The notes under the pieces are model-generated. The model was not told where the DNA came from, made no database searches, and saw only the letters and a program-made list of their open reading frames with translations. A stretch of DNA of 24,310 nt from Terrimicrobiaceae bacterium (GTDB taxonomy: Bacteria > Verrucomicrobiota > Verrucomicrobiia > Chthoniobacterales > Terrimicrobiaceae), in contig JBGSVZ010000073.1 of assembly GCA_041752695.1 (NCBI GenBank), positions 1 through 24,310 on the forward strand, read 5' to 3'. The translations under genes and the position numbers were made by a program. The first letter of the stretch is position 1. Each line of letters starts with the position of its first letter. Shown piece after piece: positions 16,221 to 23,710 of the stretch.

Positions 16221-16433
16221 TCACTTCTCCTCGCGCTTTCCATGCCGCCGCAGGGAAATTTCGAGCTCCGTCATCGCAGTAGTCAGGGATTCCGCCTCGA
16301 CAATAAATCTTTTCCCATTGCAAGTCCGGGCATCCACCCGATGAACAAGTCCATTTCGCCCGGAGACTTCGCATAACCCCAGGCTATTCCCCGCTGCCCC
16401 CAAACAGTTCAAAATTGTCGCCCAGTACTTCAA
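16221..16433 (-). CDS. Small conserved hypothetical protein (KYW...GKRFIV...LE type)
   Basis: TTG start after GAGGAAAGG gives MKYWATILNCLGAAGNSLG...VDARTCNGKRFIVEAESLTTAMTELE. It resembles a small protein family I recall from Verrucomicrobiota genomes (recalled, not searched). Confidence 0.6.
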   Translation of the reverse strand: MKYWATILNCLGAAGNSLGLCEVSGRNGLVHRVDARTCNGKRFIVEAESLTTAMTELEISLRRHGKREEK

Positions 16434-16507
16434 CCTTTCCTCTGCTTCGCCGGACTCCCAGAGCACAATTCCGTTACACGCCAGCTATGGCGACAGCAAT
16501 TGTCCCA

Positions 16508-17797
16508 TCAATCGACTTTCACCGGAGGCCCATCCCCGCCGGAAGGAAATAGTGGCGGGGCATAGTCTGTTGAATAGGCTGACGGACCACCACCTCCTGC
16601 AGGAAATTCGACTGGTCCCCGTCTCCCGATACTGAGTGATTCGGATACTGAAGACTTTTGCGGATCCAAGAGGATTACGAGGTTATCCTGAGATTCCTGA
16701 GAAACCAACATCAACGGCCGATTGGTGTCAGCATTATCGGATACGCTTGATAGGGTTTTCCTGATTGACGCTATGGCCTCCTGGAAGTCGCGAACTTCAT
16801 TGTCCCTGAGGTTCGCCTCATCCTGATGCAACCCATCTACAGCCTTGCTTTGATCGCGCTTTTCCGTCGTGGCATGCCAATCGAGAAGATCTTTAACGTC
16901 GCTCCAGATCCTCTTTAGATAAATGTCATTTTCCAGGTCGTGTACATATTCGGCCAGGTAAACAGGATCCACCGACCTCATTGTCGCGACGGCCCTACTG
17001 TAATCTTGCCCCCCCTTAGACTCTTGCTCTACGACTTCACATAACGACTTATAAAACCGAATGCGGTTTGTCTCCCCCGAAAGCCACTGGAACAGCCGTG
17101 ACTTGGACGTGTCGCTCTTTTCTTTGCCCGCCTTCATTCCTTCGATAATAGCAATTCCCGCATTAAGGGAAGAAAGAGCCTTCTCGGCATATTCGGACTT
17201 CTGCGACGCCGGAGCACAGTACGCGGCCATCGTATACGCAATTCCCGCATACTCGTACTTCATGATACGCCATTCGGCGCGCAAATCTCCCTCATCGATG
17301 CTTGATAGCAGAGTCGCAAAGATTGGAGCTTCACTCAACACCCTTCTTCGGGGCTTCTCCCCCTCCTCGGAGATCCGGTTAAAATCCGCAATCGTGTTAT
17401 TTATAGAATTTCTAATGCTATCAACATTACGTTCTCCCTCGCTGCTATCGGGCTTCTCCCTGACATACAGATAAGAGCCGAGCGCCAGCGCGATGAAAAA
17501 AGCGGCGATGCCCCCGCCGACTGTAACTTTCCACACTCCGGGGAAAGGCTTATTGCTGGTGGCAGAGGTCAGCTGCCCCGCCACATGTCCTCCGATAAAC
17601 CCGCTGGCAAGCGCGACGCCAAAGGACATGACTATCACAACGAGAAACCTTGATCCGGAAGGAACTTCGCGACCATAAATCGACATGAGAACCACAGCCA
17701 TAAAGAAAAGAAGCGTTATCACTCCGAAGACACCTCCCGTGATAAGCATCCAGAGGCTGTTGCGTTCGACGCTGTTATTGGATTCACACATAGTCAT
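16508..17797 (-). CDS. Membrane protein with three N-terminal TM helices and a helical soluble domain
   Basis: Hydrophobic segments LWMLITGGVFGVITLLFFMAVVLMSIYG, FLVVIVMSFGVALASGFIGG and VTVGGGIAAFFIALALGSYLY, then a charged helical region and a Pro/Gly tail. Confidence 0.8.
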   Translation of the reverse strand: MTMCESNNSVERNSLWMLITGGVFGVITLLFFMAVVLMSIYGREVPSGSRFLVVIVMSFGVALASGFIGGHVAGQLTSATSNKPFPGVWKVTVGGGIAAFFIALALGSYLYVREKPDSSEGERNVDSIRNSINNTIADFNRISEEGEKPRRRVLSEAPIFATLLSSIDEGDLRAEWRIMKYEYAGIAYTMAAYCAPASQKSEYAEKALSSLNAGIAIIEGMKAGKEKSDTSKSRLFQWLSGETNRIRFYKSLCEVVEQESKGGQDYSRAVATMRSVDPVYLAEYVHDLENDIYLKRIWSDVKDLLDWHATTEKRDQSKAVDGLHQDEANLRDNEVRDFQEAIASIRKTLSSVSDNADTNRPLMLVSQESQDNLVILLDPQKSSVSESLSIGRRGPVEFPAGGGGPSAYSTDYAPPLFPSGGDGPPVKVD

Positions 17798-17887
17798 CTA
17801 TTAATTTGCGTTTTAAGATTTCCCGGTCAAAACTTTTCGGATTTAAGTTCGTGCTCGTAATTGCCGCAAGGTAACTTGCCGGAAGCC

Positions 17888-18826
17888 TCATGTCCTAGGA
17901 TCTGCGTCATCCACATAGTCCTTAACACTAACCTTGATCATGTAATGGTCCGAGAGGAACCGGTCATGCTGCTCAAGATCGGACGAACGTAAAACATACT
18001 GGCGGCTATACTTGAACTCTTTGCGACCGGCTGCTACAAATACTCGGTCAAAGGGAGATTCTCCAAACTCCCGGCTCCAGTAGGTAGAACCGTCATTGTT
18101 GTTCAGATCCACAAACCCGTTGTTCACGAACGTCTCAATGGCCGGTTCATCATTCTTCAGAATGTTGGTGTCTCCAATTAGAATGATGCTGGGATCAATT
18201 TGGTCTCGGACCTTAATAAGAGCCTCGCAGAGGGTGATTGCCTCACTGGCGCGAACCTTCCTGTTCACCGTTACCCCACCGTAGTTGGACTTCATATGCA
18301 GTGGCACAAGTGACAGGCGACGCGTAGCAGCTTGGCGGGTCCAATCGCCCGAATCCGACCTATGCCAGACTTCAATCTTTGTCGTGAATAGCAACACATG
18401 AGGCCTGCGGTCCCAAAGTGACAGATTGTCAACGCGGTGGGCAACTGGCAGCGGCACCGTTTTTTCAAGATCTAACCGACTCGTGTTCCACATCACCGCA
18501 CATAGTTGGGTCTTATCCCCCGCGCTTCGATTCTCCAGAATCAAATAACGCCACTCCGTATCGAGATGTTCCTCCAGCAAGTAGCAGACGATATCCAGAT
18601 CAGAATTCCTCCGAGCTGACACCGCCCTCGATGCAACCGGCGGTGCATTTTCAAACATCCGCACCTCCTCATCCGCAGGCGTCAAATACACTTCTTGCAG
18701 CGCAAGCACATCGATTCCCCCCATTTCGATATGATCTGCTAAGGCATATGCACTTTGGCGCCTGTCCGCACGCGGTTTCCCCGACAAGTGTTCAATATTC
18801 CAACTGGCGATCTGTAAGAAGCTCAT
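17888..18826 (-). CDS. Endonuclease/exonuclease/phosphatase (EEP, DNase I-like) family protein
   Basis: Complete motif set: ASWNIEHL, DVLALQEV, LHMKS, ILIGDTN, FDRVFV, SDHY. Confidence 0.92.
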   Translation of the reverse strand: MSFLQIASWNIEHLSGKPRADRRQSAYALADHIEMGGIDVLALQEVYLTPADEEVRMFENAPPVASRAVSARRNSDLDIVCYLLEEHLDTEWRYLILENRSAGDKTQLCAVMWNTSRLDLEKTVPLPVAHRVDNLSLWDRRPHVLLFTTKIEVWHRSDSGDWTRQAATRRLSLVPLHMKSNYGGVTVNRKVRASEAITLCEALIKVRDQIDPSIILIGDTNILKNDEPAIETFVNNGFVDLNNNDGSTYWSREFGESPFDRVFVAAGRKEFKYSRQYVLRSSDLEQHDRFLSDHYMIKVSVKDYVDDADPRT

Positions 18827-18963
18827 TATATTTCTACTTTGTTTTTAGTGTTTTTCGTTTTCCTCAGCTTTTCCAAATATTCAGAACTATCGTCGGTCCG
18901 GAGTCGAACCCACATTGGAAAGTGATCCGAGAACTGATATGTGCGCCATTCCTCGAACACTTC
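18826..18963 (-). pseudogene. 3' remnant of a second EEP-family gene
   Basis: EVFEEWRTYQFSDHFPMWVRLRTDDSSEYLEKL carries the terminal EEP SDHxP motif, with no other EEP motifs upstream. Its stop overlaps the next ATG (TAATG). Confidence 0.72.
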
Positions 18964-18983
18964 CGGCGGTTGGGTTGGTCGTA

Positions 18984-19148
18984 TTAGCCTCCTACCGTCC
19001 AAGCTACGACACCGGGTACAACTACAGTGCAACCAAAGGATACCACGATCACCGCATACAATGTGCGCAATCCCGCCCGAAGATGTACCAACTCTCTGCG
19101 CGCGAACATCCCATCTGGCTCGATAAGCAGCCTAAATAATGCGTCCAT
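18984..19148 (-). CDS. Possible 54-aa small membrane protein
   Basis: MDALFRLLIEPDGMFARRELVHLRAGLRTLYAVIVVSFGCTVVVPGVVAWTVGG starts 23 bp after the protease-nuclease stop and has a hydrophobic C-terminal half. No clear SD. Confidence 0.3.
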   Translation of the reverse strand: MDALFRLLIEPDGMFARRELVHLRAGLRTLYAVIVVSFGCTVVVPGVVAWTVGG

Positions 19149-19171
19149 TCTAAAAATCTGTTGCGGTGATA

Positions 19172-21370
19172 CTAACCGTCTACAATATCGCGCAAGCTGC
19201 CGAGCAGATAATATCCCTCCGGCACACGCTCCCCTGTTGTCGCCTCTTCAAAGCGCCGTCCACGCGATCTACGGCGATGCGGCGATACGATAAGGGGATC
19301 AAATTTCGCAAGGCTTTTTTCGCTGCCGACTGGTCCGGCTGTAAATTCTAACTGCGTCAGTCGCTCTACCTCTTCGATCTCGACCTGGAACGTCTTATAC
19401 GCGCCGAACGGAATCTCACCAGCCTTTTCGATGCCAAACTGCTCAATCACCTCGGACTGGTCCAAAATGTACGCAGTCGCGAACAGATCCCCTTTGGAGT
19501 TTACGGCCGCGACAACTTTCCAGAACTTAACCGGATACTGAATATCCGGGAACTCCTCCCACGACGGGTCGTCCTCCTCCAAAACCGGGCCTGTGAACAC
19601 CTGGGCTTTGAAATTATTTGTCACGATAGCCCCCTCAAGGAGATGCCTTTCAATCCCCTGCCATAACTCCTTGTTTTGGTTGAACTTTGAATGTTGCGGA
19701 ACACAGTTACTCCAGTGGCAAGTATCAGCAGCCGACTTCAGCGCGTCCATCGCCGTTGTGCCAAACTCAAGATCTTCTCGACGGGTTAGATGCCCGCGGT
19801 CAAACTGGTTTTTCTTGTAGTAGAAATTCGAAATCTGCGCCTTCAGGTCAATTCTTGTGTCTGTTCTCCATACATCCGCAGGCCGACTCATCTGGTAACG
19901 CAGGTCGCCACGCACGTTAGCTGCTGAATAAATCGCAAACCGCCTTTCTTCGTGCATCACAACGCTGAAATTGTGGTAGTGTAGAATATTCTTGTTCTTT
20001 CCCTTAGGGGTAAGCAACTTCACCGATACTTTTTCGAGGGCCGGGCTCAAACGCGGCAGATTTACCCGCATTGCTCCAACGCCAATGAAATCTTCCTCGA
20101 AGCCCTTGCGATTGCCATAGTCCGTTTCGAACGGAATATCGAAGCTGGCGTCTTCCTCTTCACGCGGGCGACGGGCCCTACGCTCCTCAAAGCTCACAGT
20201 TGATTCAAATGCTGGCTTGTCCGTGCTATCGACAACCCTAACCGTGCCATTGCTCCTCACTTCAAGTTTTACTGTAATGAATTTGCTTTCCATAATTGCT
20301 ACCTCAGTTTTCGTGGTGACTTCTGCTTTTGGTAAATGTTGCGAAATTTGCGTGAAATGTCTACTGCCGTCCAGCGATGCGGGAATATCCGAAATCCTTG
20401 CATTAGATGGAGTTGCCGCAAATACGGCTCCTAGCATTTCATGCGCCGGCAGGCGCTCCTTGAGCGTTTGTACTATTCGCGAAACGCGGATTCCTTCATT
20501 CGCCTGCCATTTTATTTTTTCTTCGCCGTCAACTAGCTGGTCCCAGTCCCGTCCATCCACTGTCTGAATCTTATCGTTTTTGCGCTCGGGAACTCCACTA
20601 TGGTGAACTGCTACAACGTACCAGTCATTGTTGAAGGTCGGTGACCCGGACGAACCGCCCAGCGTGTCCGTCGAATACCAGAGAACATCCGTATCACGCT
20701 TCAATAATCGGTTCTCGCGAACACAAAGCTGCTTACGCTCGCCATTTGGGTGCTGGATTATTGTCAGCCACTCTCCTTCCGAGACCTTTCCCGATGATCC
20801 AACGAGCGGTAACCAGCCATATTTGCTAAGGAGCCGTCCACTCGGCTCCGATTCCTCTCTCACGGCCACCACTGTAAAATCCAGCTTCTCCATGCTGAAA
20901 AAGAGCTTATCAGGCTCTAAACTAAATACGTGCTCTTTAATGGGTTGGCCTTCAATATCGCGCTCAAACTCCATGTTGACCTCCGAGCGCGTAGCGACAC
21001 CCTCATTCGGCAAAACATGGTGGTTTGTAATGAAAACGTTTGGTGCGATCAGGAATCCGGTTCCGTAACCAATCCGTCTCCCACTTTGCTCCCGAATCAC
21101 TACCCTCCCGACGGCCATCGCCGCCCGCGCACCGCGAATCAGATAGTTCGAATCCTGTAACTCGTTCCCATGAATGATCCTCTCGAAGGCAACTTCGGCT
21201 TGCTCCGGATCTCCAATACTGTCCTGAAGAAAACTCTTTCGATCCTCTAGTTCAGCTTGGCTGTTAAGGTCTGCGGGCATCTTGTCCCGGGCAAAACTCC
21301 TCGCCTCACCCAAATTGCGCGACCCGCGACGGCGCTCCGCCTTTGCGATTTGATGGAGAAGAACGCTCAT
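19172..21370 (-). CDS. Trypsin-like serine protease fused to a DNA/RNA non-specific endonuclease (NucA/EndoG family)
   Basis: Protease motifs GTGFLI, TNHHV (His), LDFT (Asp), TLGGSSGSP (Ser) and VHHSG. Nuclease motifs HYHNFSVVM, FDRGHL, FNQ...WQGIE, VFTGPV and FWKVV. No signal peptide. Confidence 0.93.
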   Translation of the reverse strand: MSVLLHQIAKAERRRGSRNLGEARSFARDKMPADLNSQAELEDRKSFLQDSIGDPEQAEVAFERIIHGNELQDSNYLIRGARAAMAVGRVVIREQSGRRIGYGTGFLIAPNVFITNHHVLPNEGVATRSEVNMEFERDIEGQPIKEHVFSLEPDKLFFSMEKLDFTVVAVREESEPSGRLLSKYGWLPLVGSSGKVSEGEWLTIIQHPNGERKQLCVRENRLLKRDTDVLWYSTDTLGGSSGSPTFNNDWYVVAVHHSGVPERKNDKIQTVDGRDWDQLVDGEEKIKWQANEGIRVSRIVQTLKERLPAHEMLGAVFAATPSNARISDIPASLDGSRHFTQISQHLPKAEVTTKTEVAIMESKFITVKLEVRSNGTVRVVDSTDKPAFESTVSFEERRARRPREEEDASFDIPFETDYGNRKGFEEDFIGVGAMRVNLPRLSPALEKVSVKLLTPKGKNKNILHYHNFSVVMHEERRFAIYSAANVRGDLRYQMSRPADVWRTDTRIDLKAQISNFYYKKNQFDRGHLTRREDLEFGTTAMDALKSAADTCHWSNCVPQHSKFNQNKELWQGIERHLLEGAIVTNNFKAQVFTGPVLEEDDPSWEEFPDIQYPVKFWKVVAAVNSKGDLFATAYILDQSEVIEQFGIEKAGEIPFGAYKTFQVEIEEVERLTQLEFTAGPVGSEKSLAKFDPLIVSPHRRRSRGRRFEEATTGERVPEGYYLLGSLRDIVDG

Positions 21371-21486
21371 CTGATAACACCAACCCTACCGGATCAATTC
21401 CGGCGGACGCGTTCCTTCTGTCATTGCAATTCCAAACATCGTGCAACCGGTCTTGCAGAATCTCCCGAAATTGGCAACGCCCAAAT

Positions 21487-21504
21487 GGTGACGATTTTGT
21501 CACC
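21487..21504. promoter_or_regulatory. Palindromic candidate operator upstream of the protease-nuclease operon
   Basis: GGTGAC-N6-GTCACC. A second IR, TGCAA-N6-TTGCA, lies at 21442-21457. Confidence 0.35.
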
Positions 21505-21543
21505 TACAAGTCCGCTCGGCAATACCTCGTTGCTTGCAGCTCA

Positions 21544-21717
21544 CTACGCCTGACCGCTTGCCGCTACCCCCGTCTCCCCCTTCCACGCCCATGCCAAAAA
21601 TTTGAGCAGTTCCGGGATTGTTCCAGCGGACCCGCCGGAAAGCGCAAGTGTTACTGTCTCAGCCCGGGCCATGCCGCCCCCGAGCATCACGAATAACAGG
21701 ATCAATCGGACAACCAT
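21544..21717 (-). pseudogene. 57-aa ORF with signal peptide; small secreted peptide or 5' gene remnant
   Basis: GGAG SD 6 nt before the ATG. Translates MVVRLILLFVMLGGGMARA|ETVTLALSGG..., with an AxA cleavage site. Confidence 0.45.
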
Positions 21718-21950
21718 GTGAGTCTCCCCTAGCCGAATCAGACTGCCTCCAGGCCCTCCGCATTTCTAGGAAAATGTCTTCGATGCCAAGGCCGTTGACC
21801 AATTCCAGCCGCCTGCCCTGCTTCTCTCCCAATTCCTTTGTGCACGCCGCACCACGACGACCTTTGATGGACATTGCTAACGCCACCACCGGGCCGCGCA
21901 ACCAGAATATCGGTTCCCCCTGAAGGTCTCCCCCAATTTTCCGGTGTGCG

Positions 21951-22044
21951 CGCCACGCTAAAGCTCCGGTCTTCCGTGGCGTAGGCCGCTTCGTCATCAG
22001 GCCGCGATGGTCGCGGACCTGCAAACAAAAAAAAGGAGAGTATC
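21951..22044 (+). promoter_or_regulatory. Structured leader (two stem-loops) plus strong RBS; possible ssDNA promoter
   Basis: CGCCACG (21951-57) / CGTGGCG (21975-81); AGGCCGCGA (21999-22007) / TCGCGGACCT (22011-20); A8 tract running into GGAGAG before ATG 22045. Confidence 0.5.
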
Positions 22045-22257
22045 ATGAGCAAACAACAGGAAAACAATCAATCAACCGCCTCAAAGGCACCTACGCACAT
22101 CGCCTACCACGTGCGAGAGAGCAAAGGCGACAAAGGCTTCTGGACGCGCATAGGCAGCGCCTGGGCACATGCCGACGGAGCCGGATTCAACATCCAAGTT
22201 GAAATCGTGCCACTCGATGGACGCATCACCCTACGGGTGCCAAGTGAGAAGAATTAA
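22045..22257 (+). CDS. Small mobile-element protein, DUF736-like
   Basis: 70 aa with motif FWTRIGSAWAHADGAGFNIQVEIVPLDGRITLR and a strong SD. Confidence 0.75.
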   Translation: MSKQQENNQSTASKAPTHIAYHVRESKGDKGFWTRIGSAWAHADGAGFNIQVEIVPLDGRITLRVPSEKN

Positions 22258-22264
22258 CGCTAAC

Positions 22265-22288
22265 CGAGCGGGCAGCAATGCCCGCTCG
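22265..22288 (+). repeat. Intergenic GC-rich hairpin with GCAA tetraloop
   Basis: CGAGCGGGCA-GCAA-TGCCCGCTCG, a perfect 10-bp stem with no U tract. Confidence 0.8.
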
Positions 22289-22308
22289 CCTAACCAATGG
22301 AGACTTTT

Positions 22309-22683
22309 ATGGGACTTGATATGCACTTAAACGGCAGGAAATCTTTCGCACGCGGACGCGAAAACGGAAAGCCAATTGCCGAATTATATGCTCTCGGATA
22401 CTGGCGCAAACACCCGGACCTGCACGGCTATATCGTAGCCGAGTTCGCAGACGGCGAGGATAATTGCCAACCAATCTTCCTTTCAACGGGAGACATTCAG
22501 AAAATCATTGCTGCCATAACCAGCAAGGAGCTTCCGCATACAGAAGGATTCTTCTTCGGCTCCAGCTTCAACGATGAGGCTCAGAACCAAGAAGCGGCAG
22601 CCAACTTCCGAGATGCTCTCGTCTGGCTCAAAGCCGAACAAGACGGACATTACCGATGCATCTACTACCAGGCCAGCTGGTGA
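22309..22683 (+). CDS. Phage/plasmid-type hypothetical protein (MGLDM...YWRK family)
   Basis: GGAGA SD before ATG 22309. Motifs MGLDMHL, YWRKHPDLHGYI, EDNCQ, LPHTEGFFFGS and YYQASW. Confidence 0.8.
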   Translation: MGLDMHLNGRKSFARGRENGKPIAELYALGYWRKHPDLHGYIVAEFADGEDNCQPIFLSTGDIQKIIAAITSKELPHTEGFFFGSSFNDEAQNQEAAANFRDALVWLKAEQDGHYRCIYYQASW

Positions 22684-22694
22684 CACACCAGCAA

Positions 22695-22718
22695 CGGGCG
22701 GGCCACAAGGTCCGCCCG
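22695..22718 (+). repeat. Intergenic GC-rich hairpin with ACAA loop
   Basis: CGGGCGGGCC-ACAA-GGTCCGCCCG, a 10-bp stem with one G-T pair, related to the hairpin at 22265. Confidence 0.75.
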
Positions 22719-22749
22719 AACAACTAACCTAACAATCAATGGAGAAATC

Positions 22750-23547
22750 ATGACTTACAAAACCTATAACTACACGCCGACAACTGATGCAATGCCAATG
22801 CCGCAACGCTCTGTCAATCCCTTCCTACGTGCCCAGAATTGGCGCAGCCAACCGCAGAATACCCAGGGCAGAACCTACGCTCTGCTACCGGCAGCACCAC
22901 TCAATGCCAGCCCGGTACCGCACTTGACAAGCTTGTACCATTTCAACAAAGCTGGTGATTACGGTGACCGCGCCTATCCCGGCAATTGCGGCGGAAATCT
23001 AATCCGCGATTTAATCCGCTTCTTCGGCGCGAAGTCCGTCTTTGACCCAATGACAGGTAGCGGCACATGTGCCGATGTTTGCCGCGAGCTTAACGTCCAC
23101 TGCGTTTCCAAAGACATACGTTACGGCTTCGATGCCACAAACAACGCTTGCTTTGCTCAACTGCCCGAAGGTCAACTCTTCGACTTCATCTGGGCGCATC
23201 CACCCTACTGGCGTCAGAAACTCTACACTGCACAGCCGGGTGACCTTTCACGTACCGAAACACTCTCCGAGTTTTTAACAGGCTATCGTCAGTTCATCCT
23301 CAATTGCTCCCAGCGTTTAGCACCAGGCGGAAAGATCGCCATCCTCATGGGAGACTATTCCGACCGCGACGAAGGATTCGTCCCGCTCACCTACTACACC
23401 AAGCAGCTAGCCGCAGAATGCGGACTTCGCCAAGCATGCACCGACATAATCCGGTTCAGCCACGGCGCATCCAGCAGCCACAGAACCTATCGCTCCAGCT
23501 TCATCCCAGGCTTGCATGATGTATGCATGGTGTTCTCAGCAAAATGA
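22750..23547 (+). CDS. Orphan amino (N4C/N6A) DNA methyltransferase
   Basis: Motif I VFDPMTGSGT, then motif IV FIWAHPPYW, and LAPGGK. GGAGA SD. No adjacent restriction endonuclease. Confidence 0.85.
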   Translation: MTYKTYNYTPTTDAMPMPQRSVNPFLRAQNWRSQPQNTQGRTYALLPAAPLNASPVPHLTSLYHFNKAGDYGDRAYPGNCGGNLIRDLIRFFGAKSVFDPMTGSGTCADVCRELNVHCVSKDIRYGFDATNNACFAQLPEGQLFDFIWAHPPYWRQKLYTAQPGDLSRTETLSEFLTGYRQFILNCSQRLAPGGKIAILMGDYSDRDEGFVPLTYYTKQLAAECGLRQACTDIIRFSHGASSSHRTYRSSFIPGLHDVCMVFSAK

Positions 23548-23710
23548 ACTGCCGCTGATGGTAACAAAAACAAGCTGTCGGTCTTCTCGAGCGGGGCGGC
23601 CCATCTCGCTACTGACTTCCAGTACGCAGATGAACGCACATCCCCCCGCCCTTCTCTGGCCGTGTCATTTGGATTTGCGCATCCCGCTCGCCCTATTACG
23701 ATCCCCAGCC

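Noticed and set aside
15505..16376. Plus-strand 177-aa and 229-aa ORFs
   Set aside because: Antisense shadows of the minus-strand exported protein gene.
17866..17879. GCAAG-GTAA-CTTGC hairpin between the EEP and TM genes
   Set aside because: Only a 5-bp stem with no U tract; too weak to call a terminator.
22027..22034. A8 homopolymer as a phase-variation tract
   Set aside because: Short and directly 5' of the SD; more simply an A-rich translation enhancer.
21618..22067. ORFs of 101-121 aa across the structured leader
   Set aside because: No SD or motifs; the region is better explained as regulatory DNA plus the 57-aa signal-peptide ORF.
22258..22740. Integron attC sites or CRISPR repeats
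   Set aside because: RYYYAAC-like boxes occur but no paired GTTRRRY; only two dissimilar hairpins separated by a whole gene; no integrase or cas genes.
23516..23710. N-terminal extension of the DUF4240 ORF
   Set aside because: It overlaps the methyltransferase end, and the family pattern begins at MDDNEFW (23711).
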